Origin: Gammaproteobacteria bacterium
GTDB taxonomy: Bacteria; Pseudomonadota; Gammaproteobacteria; Steroidobacterales; Steroidobacteraceae
Assembly (NCBI GenBank): GCA_030038875.1
Contig: JASHQW010000132.1
Span: 1-47,396 of the forward strand
Direction of reading: 5' to 3'
DNA length: 47,396 bases
Both the position numbers and the translations under genes were made by a program. Each line of letters starts with the position of its first letter. The stretch's first letter is position 1. The notes under the pieces are model-generated. The model had not been told where the DNA came from and searched no databases. It saw only the letters and a list, made by a program, of their open reading frames with translations. This document shows, piece after piece, positions 34,073 through 41,692 of this stretch.

Positions 34073-34252
34073 TCATCCGGCCACCTGCTCGCGCCCGAGC
34101 GGGAGCTCCGAGCGATTCCGCCACTGCGTGTCCTCGGTGTAGACCTGCACCACCCGGTCCGGGTCGCAGCTGTTCCAGGCATCCTCGGCCATGCGCACCT
34201 TGTGCGTGGCGGACTCGACGGTAAACGGAGGAACGGGCGGACGCGCGGGCAT
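34073..34252 (-). pseudogene. Truncated DUF1348 (NTF2-like) gene remnant
   Basis: My own translation, absent from the ORF track (59 codons): [59 protein letters not shown], with GGGAGAAA 6 nt upstream. It matches the N-terminal third of DUF1348 proteins (about 150 aa) as I recall them. A PDDHP motif typical of the family C-terminus occurs in another frame exactly at the stop. Confidence 0.55.
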
Positions 34253-34281
34253 GGCGATTTCTCCCTGATCTGGATCGTGTC

Positions 34282-34857
34282 CTAGCGTGGGGCAGCGGTG
34301 CTCGCCGCGAGCTTCGCCTGGAACGCCTCATCGCCGATCAACTTCGTCGTGCTGGCCAGCACCCGGCCCTCCCCATCGACCAGGGTGATCACCTGGCTGT
34401 GGTCGAAGCTCCCGTCCGGGAGCTTGCGGTAATGAAAGCCGAGGAGTTCCGCGATGCGGCGTGCGTCGGGCTCCCGGGCGCTGGCAAAGGTCCAGCGCTG
34501 CGGATCGGCGCGGTGCAGCTTCGACAATTCACTCAGGCGCTGCGGCGTATCGTGCGCGGCATCGAAGCTCACCAGCAGCACGCGCAGGCGCGCGCGGGAT
34601 GCCTCATCGAGATGTGCCTCGTAGACCTGCACGGCAGTGATCAGCATCGGGCAATAGGAGGGACAATTGCCATAGAACATGCTGATCACGGTGGGCTGCC
34701 CCCGATAGACGTCGAAGCCGGCCGCCACGCCCTGCTGCGTGGTGAGTGTGGCGCGCAGCTGATAGAGCGAATCCGTCGGCAGAGCGGCGGCCGCGCACAC
34801 CGCCAGCATGGCGAGCGAGACGAGCGCGCCGGGGAGCGCGCTGCGGCGCGCCTTCAC
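34282..34857 (-). CDS. SCO1/SenC family copper chaperone (thioredoxin fold)
   Basis: The GTG start overlaps the nirV stop (GTGA, 34854-34857). TM anchor, CPSYCP metal-binding motif and a downstream conserved His ([11 protein letters not shown]). Confidence 0.85.
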   Translation of the reverse strand: MKARRSALPGALVSLAMLAVCAAAALPTDSLYQLRATLTTQQGVAAGFDVYRGQPTVISMFYGNCPSYCPMLITAVQVYEAHLDEASRARLRVLLVSFDAAHDTPQRLSELSKLHRADPQRWTFASAREPDARRIAELLGFHYRKLPDGSFDHSQVITLVDGEGRVLASTTKLIGDEAFQAKLAASTAAPR

Positions 34858-35615
34858 GGCTTCACCTCGGCGTCGCGCGCGCAGCGAAAGCCGACGCCGT
34901 GACCGGTATCCGCGGCACGCAGGCTGCCGAGCAGCGCAATGCGCATGAGCACGGGATAGTTCTCCTTCTGTTGCAGGTTCTGCGCGCCGCTGCCACAGAA
35001 GCGCTCGGGGTCGGCATCGGCCGGCAGCAGCGAATCGAAGTCGTGGACCCATTCCCACACCAGGCCGTGAATGTCGTAGAGGCCGTAGACGTTCGCGCTC
35101 CCCTGCTCGACCGCGGGCAGGCTCTCGCCGGTCGGGCGCGCGTACCAGTCGAGCACCTGCTGCCGCCAGCTCGCGTCCGCTCTGGCGTCACGGCGCGTCG
35201 CGCTCGCGGCCGCCGCCAGTTCCCACTCGTACCAGTTCGGCAGCCGCGCCTGCTGCGCCTCGCAATACGCCTCCGCCGCGAACCAGCTGACCCGGGTCAC
35301 GGGCTGCAGCGGCGCAGCGCGCGGCCCGGGATCGAGCGGACCCGCCCAGTGACCGAGATAGTCGGCATCCGCGAGCGTGGCCGGGACCGAGCCCCGCTGC
35401 CATTGCGGATGCGCGCTGACAAACGCCAGGAATTCGGCGTTGGTCACCGGATGGCGCTGCAGGAGAAATCCCGGCACCACGACCCTCTCCTGCGTGCCGC
35501 TCGGCAGAGCGGAGCGAAACTCCGCCCCCGCCACCGGCACGAAGGGATTGTCTGCGGCGGCGGCCGCCGCGGCGCACAGCAGCACGATACCCGCCAGGCA
35601 GAGGCGCGAGCGCAT
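34854..35615 (-). CDS. nirV: Formylglycine-generating-enzyme (SUMF1) family protein, NirV-type
   Basis: Signal peptide, then HPVTNAEFLAFV, RLPNWYEWELAA, GLVWEWVHD and GFRCARD. It lies immediately downstream of nirK (2-nt gap), as in described nirK-nirV pairs. Confidence 0.85.
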   Translation of the reverse strand: MRSRLCLAGIVLLCAAAAAAADNPFVPVAGAEFRSALPSGTQERVVVPGFLLQRHPVTNAEFLAFVSAHPQWQRGSVPATLADADYLGHWAGPLDPGPRAAPLQPVTRVSWFAAEAYCEAQQARLPNWYEWELAAAASATRRDARADASWRQQVLDWYARPTGESLPAVEQGSANVYGLYDIHGLVWEWVHDFDSLLPADADPERFCGSGAQNLQQKENYPVLMRIALLGSLRAADTGHGVGFRCARDAEVKP

Positions 35616-35617
35616 CT

Positions 35618-37099
35618 TTAGTTCGCCGCGCCTTCCGGACGCCTGGTCGAGGCGCGCATCTGCTTCACCTCATCGGCGCTGACGGCCTCGCCGCTGTTAC
35701 CCCAGCTGTTGCGCACGTAGGTGAGGATGTTGGCGAGCTCGTCGTCGTTGAGCTGACTCATCGGCGGCATCACGGAACTGAAGAGGTTGCCGTTCACGGT
35801 GACCTGGCCAGTGAGCCCGTTGAGCACAATACCGATGGCGCGCTGCTTATCGGCCATCAGGAAGTCCGAGCGCGCCAGGGGCGGAAAGACGTTGGCCAGG
35901 CCCTCGCCGCTCGCCTGATGGCACACGGAGCAGGTGCCGGTGAAGCGCGCCTCGCCGGCCTTGATCTGCTGCTCCTTGGTGAGCGTGCCACGGGCTTCGG
36001 CGGCGCGCGCCTCGGCCACGGCGGCGGGATTGGCCGCCAGGTCGCCGAGGTAGACCGAGTCGACCTCCTTGCCGGAGTAGACCGCCTTGTTCGGCTCGCC
36101 GTCGGCCTTGAGGATTGCCAGCGCCCCCTTGTTGAAGGCGCGCAGAATCGAATGATCGACCAGCACGTAGCTGCCGGGAACCCGCACGTAGAACTCGACG
36201 ATCGCCGCTCCGCCCGCCGGAATGAGCGTGGTCTGCACGTTCTCCTGCTCGTGCACACCGCCCTCGTAACGCACGCGGTCAAAGATCGCGCCGATGACGT
36301 GGAAGCTGCTGACGAGATTCGGCCCGCCGTTACCGACGAACAGGCGCACGTGATCGCCGACCTTGGCCTTGAGCGCCCGCTCGCCCACCAGCGAGCCCTC
36401 CGCGCCATTGAACAGCACGTAAGTCGGCCGCTCGTCGATCGCCCGCTGCATGTCGAATTCCTGGTGACCGCGCTCGCGATACTTGCCGACTGTGTAGAAG
36501 TCGCCCTGCATCACGTAGTACTCGTGGTCGACGGGCTTCATGCCCTCGGGCGGCTCCACCAGCATCAGGCCGTACATGCCGTTGGCAATGTGCATGCCGA
36601 CCGGAGCGGTGGCGCAGTGGTAGACGTAGATCCCCTGGTTGAGCGCCTTGAAGGTGAACTGCGACTCGTGGCCCGGCGCGGTGAAGCTCGAGGCCGCACC
36701 GCCGCCCGGACCGGTGACGCCGTGCAGGTCGATGTTGTGCGGCATCTTGTTGTCGGGATGGTTCCGCAGATGGAATTCCACGGTGTCGCCCTGGCGCACG
36801 CGGATGAAGCTGCCCGGCGTGGTTCCGCCGAAGGTCCAGAAGGTGTAGGTGACTCCCTCGGAGATTTCCTTCTCGACTTCGCGCACCTCGAGCTCCACGA
36901 TCACCTTGGCGGGATGATTACGGTGGATCGGCGGCGGAACGAATGGCGGGCTGGTGAGTTGTGCGTGGATGGGCTCGCCCTGGGGCGGTCCGAAATCGCC
37001 CGGGATCCGCCCGGCGGGCGCAGCAGCGCCTGCCGCCGTGAGCCAGATGCCGGTCGCGCAAATCAAGCTCGTCAACTGGATCCATGCGGATCTGTTCAT
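35618..37099 (-). CDS. nirK: Copper-containing nitrite reductase with a C-terminal cytochrome c domain
   Basis: Start MNRSAWIQL (CAT at 37097-37099, GGGAGAG upstream). Cu ligand regions PHNIDLHG and [20 protein letters not shown]. Heme-binding CSVCH at 35918-35932 in a C-terminal domain of about 110 aa. Confidence 0.93.
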   Translation of the reverse strand: MNRSAWIQLTSLICATGIWLTAAGAAAPAGRIPGDFGPPQGEPIHAQLTSPPFVPPPIHRNHPAKVIVELEVREVEKEISEGVTYTFWTFGGTTPGSFIRVRQGDTVEFHLRNHPDNKMPHNIDLHGVTGPGGGAASSFTAPGHESQFTFKALNQGIYVYHCATAPVGMHIANGMYGLMLVEPPEGMKPVDHEYYVMQGDFYTVGKYRERGHQEFDMQRAIDERPTYVLFNGAEGSLVGERALKAKVGDHVRLFVGNGGPNLVSSFHVIGAIFDRVRYEGGVHEQENVQTTLIPAGGAAIVEFYVRVPGSYVLVDHSILRAFNKGALAILKADGEPNKAVYSGKEVDSVYLGDLAANPAAVAEARAAEARGTLTKEQQIKAGEARFTGTCSVCHQASGEGLANVFPPLARSDFLMADKQRAIGIVLNGLTGQVTVNGNLFSSVMPPMSQLNDDELANILTYVRNSWGNSGEAVSADEVKQMRASTRRPEGAAN

Positions 37100-37124
37100 C
37101 TGTGTCTCTCCCAAGGGCAACAAT

Positions 37125-37571
37125 TCAGTTGGCGGCGGCACGCCTCGGCGCGAGGAGTCTCCGCAGCCGCTGGCGGTCCTGCACGATGTCCTCCAGCGTG
37201 TACCGATCGAGCGTTGCGTAGAGCGCGCCGAGCGCCTCGCCGAGCACGCTGCGCAGGCGGCACGCCGGGGTGATCACGCAGTGATTGGTACGCGCATCGA
37301 AGCACTCCACCAGGGCATCCGCCTCGGCTGCGCGGATGACCGCCCCGATGTTGATGCTCGCCGCCGGGCGTCCGAGTGCGATGCCACCGCCCCGGCCGCG
37401 GGCATTGATGAGGAGGCCCTTCCTGCCGAGATCGTGCACCACCTTGCTCAGATGGCTCTCCGATATGGCGAAGGCGGCCGCGATCTCCGCGATGGTCGTC
37501 GTGACATCCGGTCGCGCAGCCACGTACATCAGCACGCGCAGGCTGTAGTCGGTGAAGGTCGTCAATCGCAT
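37125..37571 (-). CDS. nsrR: Rrf2 family NO-sensing transcriptional repressor NsrR
   Basis: [18 protein letters not shown]..., an Rrf2 winged HTH. Three-Cys cluster [16 protein letters not shown]. Located 25 nt upstream of nirK. Confidence 0.85.
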   Translation of the reverse strand: MRLTTFTDYSLRVLMYVAARPDVTTTIAEIAAAFAISESHLSKVVHDLGRKGLLINARGRGGGIALGRPAASINIGAVIRAAEADALVECFDARTNHCVITPACRLRSVLGEALGALYATLDRYTLEDIVQDRQRLRRLLAPRRAAAN

Positions 37572-37584
37572 GGCCGCTCGCAAA

Positions 37585-37607
37585 AAGATTCATCCGCTAT
37601 GAACCTT
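37585..37607. promoter_or_regulatory. Candidate NsrR operator upstream of nsrR
   Basis: AAGATTCAT-CCGCT-ATGAACCTT is an inverted repeat matching the NsrR core AAGATGyAT-N5-ATrCATCTT in 8/9 and 7/9 positions. It lies 14 bp upstream of the nsrR ATG. An extra AAGATGC half-site lies at 37615-37621. Confidence 0.5.
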
Positions 37608-37689
37608 ATGGCGCAAGATGCGCCGCGGCCGGGCCGGACGGAATACGAACTAGTGCCTACGCGCTCCGCGCCGTGTGCGTGGCGAGGCG

Positions 37690-38376
37690 TCAGGAAGGCG
37701 CTGCGCTGCGGCGGCGAGCGGGCGAGGCCCCGGTGACGATCCAGTCCATCGGAATGTCGTGCGGCTGGGGGAAGATCGTCCGGATTGCGCCGCACTCGTA
37801 ACCCACGCCGATGACGAGCGGCCGCGGGCGCAGCACCGCCAGTGTGCGATCGAAGAAACCGCCACCGTAGCCGAGCCGGTAGCACTGGCCGTCGAAGCCG
37901 ACAACGGGTGCCAGCACGACGGTAGGCGTGACCTCGGCACCGTCGGCCGGATAGGGAATCCGCCACAGTCCGTGCGCCAGGCGCGCACCGGGGTGCCACT
38001 CGCGAAAGACGAGCGGCTGCCCGAGCGCCACTGCGACCGGCAAGGCGATGCGGATGCCGCGTTCGCAGCGCGAGCGCATCCAGGCGCGCAGATCCGGCTC
38101 GGCACGTATCGGCCAGTACACGCTGACGATCTGCGGCGCGTTGTCGGGAATCAGCCGCTCGAGATGGGTGGCCATCGCGGCGGTCTGCGCCACGCGCGAC
38201 TCGGAGCTCAGCGCCTCGCGCGCGGCGAGCAGCCGCTCGCGCTCGGCCTTGCGCCAGCGGGCCACGTCCTCAGCCTGCCGCGGGTCGACCACGGTCCCGT
38301 CGGGCCCGAGCTCATGCAGCAGGCAGGGCGCCGAGCCGCCCTGGTCCGCATCGTCATCGTCACCCGCGCCGCCCAT
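37690..38376 (-). CDS. 5-formyltetrahydrofolate cyclo-ligase family protein
   Basis: ORF 37690..38433, start set at MGGAGDDDD (CAT at 38374-38376) to avoid overlap with sirB2. Family-like stretches VSVYWPIRAEPD, GYGGGFFDR, PHDIPMDWIVT. Start uncertain. Confidence 0.75.
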   Translation of the reverse strand: MGGAGDDDDADQGGSAPCLLHELGPDGTVVDPRQAEDVARWRKAERERLLAAREALSSESRVAQTAAMATHLERLIPDNAPQIVSVYWPIRAEPDLRAWMRSRCERGIRIALPVAVALGQPLVFREWHPGARLAHGLWRIPYPADGAEVTPTVVLAPVVGFDGQCYRLGYGGGFFDRTLAVLRPRPLVIGVGYECGAIRTIFPQPHDIPMDWIVTGASPARRRSAAPS

Positions 38377-38420
38377 GAAGCTCACGCGACCCGTCGCGGC
38401 CGATCGTTCAGAATGCGCGC

Positions 38421-38822
38421 ATGCTGAGCGCACACTTCGCGGAGATCCGCGCGCTGCACGTCGGCTGTGTGGCGATTTCGGGAACCCTGTTCACGGTCCG
38501 GGGCCTGATGCGCAGCGCAGATCTCGCAGGCGCCAACCATTGGGCGCTGCGCTGGATTTCTTACGTGGTCGACACGACGCTGCTCGCGGCTGCCGTGCTG
38601 CTCACGCTCATCGTGCATCAATACCCCTTCGTCGACGGGTGGCTGACGTGCAAGGTGCTGCTGCTGCCGCTCTACATCGGACTCGGCATCGTGGCCCTGA
38701 AGCGCGCGCGCACCCGGGCGGGTCGCGGCGCCGCCTTCATCGCCGCGCTGCTGACGTTCGCGTACATAGTGGGTGTTGCGCTCGCTCATGATCCCGCCGG
38801 CTGGCTCGCTCTGCTGCGCTGA
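38421..38822 (+). CDS. SirB2 (YchQ-like) family membrane protein
   Basis: 133 aa: IRALHVGCVAISGTLFTVRG, VHQYPFVDGWLTCKVLLLPLYIGLGIVALKRA. Closely parallels YchQ/SirB2 as I recall it. Confidence 0.8.
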   Translation: MLSAHFAEIRALHVGCVAISGTLFTVRGLMRSADLAGANHWALRWISYVVDTTLLAAAVLLTLIVHQYPFVDGWLTCKVLLLPLYIGLGIVALKRARTRAGRGAAFIAALLTFAYIVGVALAHDPAGWLALLR

Positions 38823-38843
38823 TCCTTCACTCCGTATGTACGC

Positions 38844-40013
38844 TCACCCCGCTCTGCCGTCCACCCGCGGACTGCAGAGAATGGGCGCATAGACGAGGAC
38901 AAAGAAAAAGAAAGCGGTGGTCCAGAGGGATGCCGCTCCCGCGATGACCATCGGGTAGCTGCCTCGCAGCGCGGCGAGCCCGAATACCCGCACGACCACG
39001 GCGGCGAGCAGCAGCAGGTACGAGGCAACCGTGAGCGGGTGCACCACCAGCGGCCGGCCGGTGTGTCCGAGTGCTGCGCGCGTCATCACGGCCAGGATCA
39101 TGGTCGCGAGCGTGCCCATCGTCAGCGCGTGCAGCCAGAAGGCAGAGAAGGCCGCCCCGTCGAGGAGCGCAATCGCCTTCAACGCGAGCCCGACCGGCAG
39201 CCAGAGGTAAGCCGCGTGCAGGATCCACACAATCGGCTGGCGCAGCGTCTTCAAGGCGCCCCATTGTGCGAAACGCCATGCCTGGATCACCGCGGCTGCT
39301 GCCGCGAGCCCTCCGGCGAGCCGAGAGTCGGGCACGAACACATCGCCCACCGCCACCGCGGCCATGCCGGCGACCGCCGCGATCATCAGAATGGGGCTGG
39401 AGCTCACGCTGCTCTGCAGCCCCTGCGAACGCAGCGCCGTGGCCGTGAAGGTCGGCACGATACGTCCGCCGATGACCGTCACGAGCAGCAGCATGAGATC
39501 GATCCCGATGAGAAGCGCATGCAGGGCAAGCGGCGCGTTGCGCCTGATGAGCGCAACGTGAAAGACGAGATTCGTGAGCCACAGGAGTCCGAGGACCGGG
39601 AGCAGCGGAGTATTGCGATTCTTGGACCGCAGCAGCGGCCGCGCGACCAATACGCCCAATGCCGGCAGGAAACTCAAGTCCACCGCCGCCGTCAGGGCTC
39701 GCGGCCAATGCGACGAGCTCGCGATCACGACGCGCGCCGCCAGCCACACCGCCGACAGCACCACCAGCGGCGTGCCCGCAAAGCCCTTCTGCCCGGTCCA
39801 GCTCGGAACCGCGGTGAGCAGGAAGCCCGCCACCGCACTCATGATGAAGCCAAAGAGCATCTCGTGTGCGTGCCAGAGCGTCGGCGGCCAATCGCTGCTG
39901 AGCGGCACGCCGTACGAGATGTCGAGCGCCCATACCGGTATCAGCAGCAGGGCGGCGAGACCCGCCAGGAGGAAGTGCGGCCGGAAGCCGTAGGCGAACA
40001 GCGCGAAAGGCAT
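38844..40013 (-). CDS. nnrS: NnrS family membrane protein (NO/nitrosative-stress associated)
   Basis: MPFALFAYGFRPHFLLAG..., WHAHEMLFGFIMSAVAGFLLTAVPSWTG, about 12 TM segments. Confidence 0.88.
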   Translation of the reverse strand: MPFALFAYGFRPHFLLAGLAALLLIPVWALDISYGVPLSSDWPPTLWHAHEMLFGFIMSAVAGFLLTAVPSWTGQKGFAGTPLVVLSAVWLAARVVIASSSHWPRALTAAVDLSFLPALGVLVARPLLRSKNRNTPLLPVLGLLWLTNLVFHVALIRRNAPLALHALLIGIDLMLLLVTVIGGRIVPTFTATALRSQGLQSSVSSSPILMIAAVAGMAAVAVGDVFVPDSRLAGGLAAAAAVIQAWRFAQWGALKTLRQPIVWILHAAYLWLPVGLALKAIALLDGAAFSAFWLHALTMGTLATMILAVMTRAALGHTGRPLVVHPLTVASYLLLLAAVVVRVFGLAALRGSYPMVIAGAASLWTTAFFFFVLVYAPILCSPRVDGRAG

Positions 40014-40085
40014 GGTCGTCGGTCCTGTCAGATCCTTGCCCGTCGGCGTCGCAGGTTTGCCGACCTCGAGCGGTCGGCCGGCGGC

Positions 40086-41498
40086 TCATGCCGGCAGGAT
40101 GATCTGCGGCGGCGCCCGCCGCTGCGAGGCCCGCCCCAGCGCATAATAAAGGATGCCGGGCACGACCAAGCCCACGATCCAGGAGATGTCGACGCCACCG
40201 AGCGGCTCGATCAGCGGACCGGTATAGAAGGCGGTGGAAAGAAACGGGACCTGCACCAGGATACCGATCAGGTAGATCACGATGCCAGTCGCGTTCCAGC
40301 GGCCGTAGCGCCCGTCGGGATCGGAGAGCGCCGGTACATCGTAGCGCGAGCGCGTGAAGCAGTAGTAGTCGATCAGATTGATCGCGCTCCACGGCGTGAA
40401 CACGGCGAGCAGACAGAGAATGAAGGCCTCGAAAGCCTTGAGGAACGAGTGCCGGCCGGTCAGCGCCAGCAGCGCCGATACACCCACCATCGCCACGATA
40501 TAGAAGAACCGGTGACGCACCGAAACGCGCACGCCGCGCCGCAGCCCGCTCACGATCGTCGCCATGGACATGAAGCTGCCGTAGGCATTCAGCGCCGTCA
40601 CCGTGACCTTGCCGAAGGCGATGCTGAAATACAGGAGGCTCGAGGCCACGCCGGCGGAGGCGAGACCGACGATGTAAGCCACCTCGTGATGCTCGAATTG
40701 CTTGCCCGCCACGGCAGCGGCAAAAACGCCGAAGGTCATGGAAATCTGCGCCCCAATGACTGATCCCAGGCCGACGGCGCTGAACACTCTGGCTACCGAG
40801 GTACTGCGCGGCAGATAGCGGGAGTAATCGGCGACATAGGGCCCATAGGCGATCTGCCAGGAAGCCGACAGCGACATCGACAGGAGAAACTGGCTCAGCG
40901 AGAAATGCCGCTGCGCCAGCAGGGCCGACACGTCGTGGGTCGCGAACAGCCGGGCAAACATGTAGGCAAAAGCGACTACGCCGACGACGCTCGCAATCCG
41001 TCCGAGCACGTGAATGACGCGATAGCCGAAGATCGTCACGATCACGATGAAGCCGGTGAAGATGGCAATGCCCGCGGCGTCATCGACATCGAGCAGCCGC
41101 CCGATTGCCTGCCCGGCCAGTACGCAGCCGCTGGCGGAAAAACCGATATACATCAGACATACCGCGACGATCGGTATGACCGCGCCGTAGACGCCGAACT
41201 GCACGCGGCTCGAGATCATCTGCGGGAGCCCCAGTTGCGGCCCCTGCGCCGCGTGCAGCGCCATCACCGCGCCACCGATGAGCTGACCGAGAAGGAGCGC
41301 GATCAGCGACCAGAACACGTCGCCGCCGAACACGACGGCCAGCGCCCCGGTGACGATGGCAGTGATCTGCAGGTTGGCCGCCAGCCATAGCGTGAACTGG
41401 CTCGCGAGTCCCCCATGTCGCTCCTCGTCCGGAATGTAGTCGATCGAGCGGAGCTCGATCGCCGACGGCAGTGCGCCGGGCGCGTTGGCGACTGACAT
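40086..41498 (-). CDS. Purine-cytosine permease family (NCS1) transporter
   Basis: 470 aa: IDYIPDEERHG, FTLWLAANLQITAIVTGAL, GLPQMISSRVQFGVYGA, about 12 TM segments. Confidence 0.88.
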   Translation of the reverse strand: MSVANAPGALPSAIELRSIDYIPDEERHGGLASQFTLWLAANLQITAIVTGALAVVFGGDVFWSLIALLLGQLIGGAVMALHAAQGPQLGLPQMISSRVQFGVYGAVIPIVAVCLMYIGFSASGCVLAGQAIGRLLDVDDAAGIAIFTGFIVIVTIFGYRVIHVLGRIASVVGVVAFAYMFARLFATHDVSALLAQRHFSLSQFLLSMSLSASWQIAYGPYVADYSRYLPRSTSVARVFSAVGLGSVIGAQISMTFGVFAAAVAGKQFEHHEVAYIVGLASAGVASSLLYFSIAFGKVTVTALNAYGSFMSMATIVSGLRRGVRVSVRHRFFYIVAMVGVSALLALTGRHSFLKAFEAFILCLLAVFTPWSAINLIDYYCFTRSRYDVPALSDPDGRYGRWNATGIVIYLIGILVQVPFLSTAFYTGPLIEPLGGVDISWIVGLVVPGILYYALGRASQRRAPPQIILPA

Positions 41499-41692
41499 CG
41501 TCGGATTTTTTCACAACGACGTCAGTGTCGCCACGCCGGGCGGGGACGGCCGACGGAGCGCCGATTCACCACTGCGTCACGTTCCAGAGGACGCGGCTTC
41601 ACCGGGATCGCGCGCGGCCGATTCTGAGAGGAGACCAGACGACCTTGCCTGACACTATGTAAAGTCTCGAGCGGCGCCCAGCAGAGATAAAG

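Noticed and set aside
33796-34331. Track ORFs of 128, 124, 108, 83 and 74 aa in the sco-porin gap.
   Set aside because: They overlap one another in all frames and are Arg/Pro/Gly/Cys-rich with no motifs. The only recognisable coding signal there is the 59-codon DUF1348 N-terminal remnant.
38377-38560. A 6S RNA (ssrS) gene, which precedes 5-formyl-THF cyclo-ligase (ygfA) in many proteobacteria.
   Set aside because: The upstream space is occupied by a well-supported sirB2 coding sequence on the other strand, and no room or 6S-like extended hairpin was seen.
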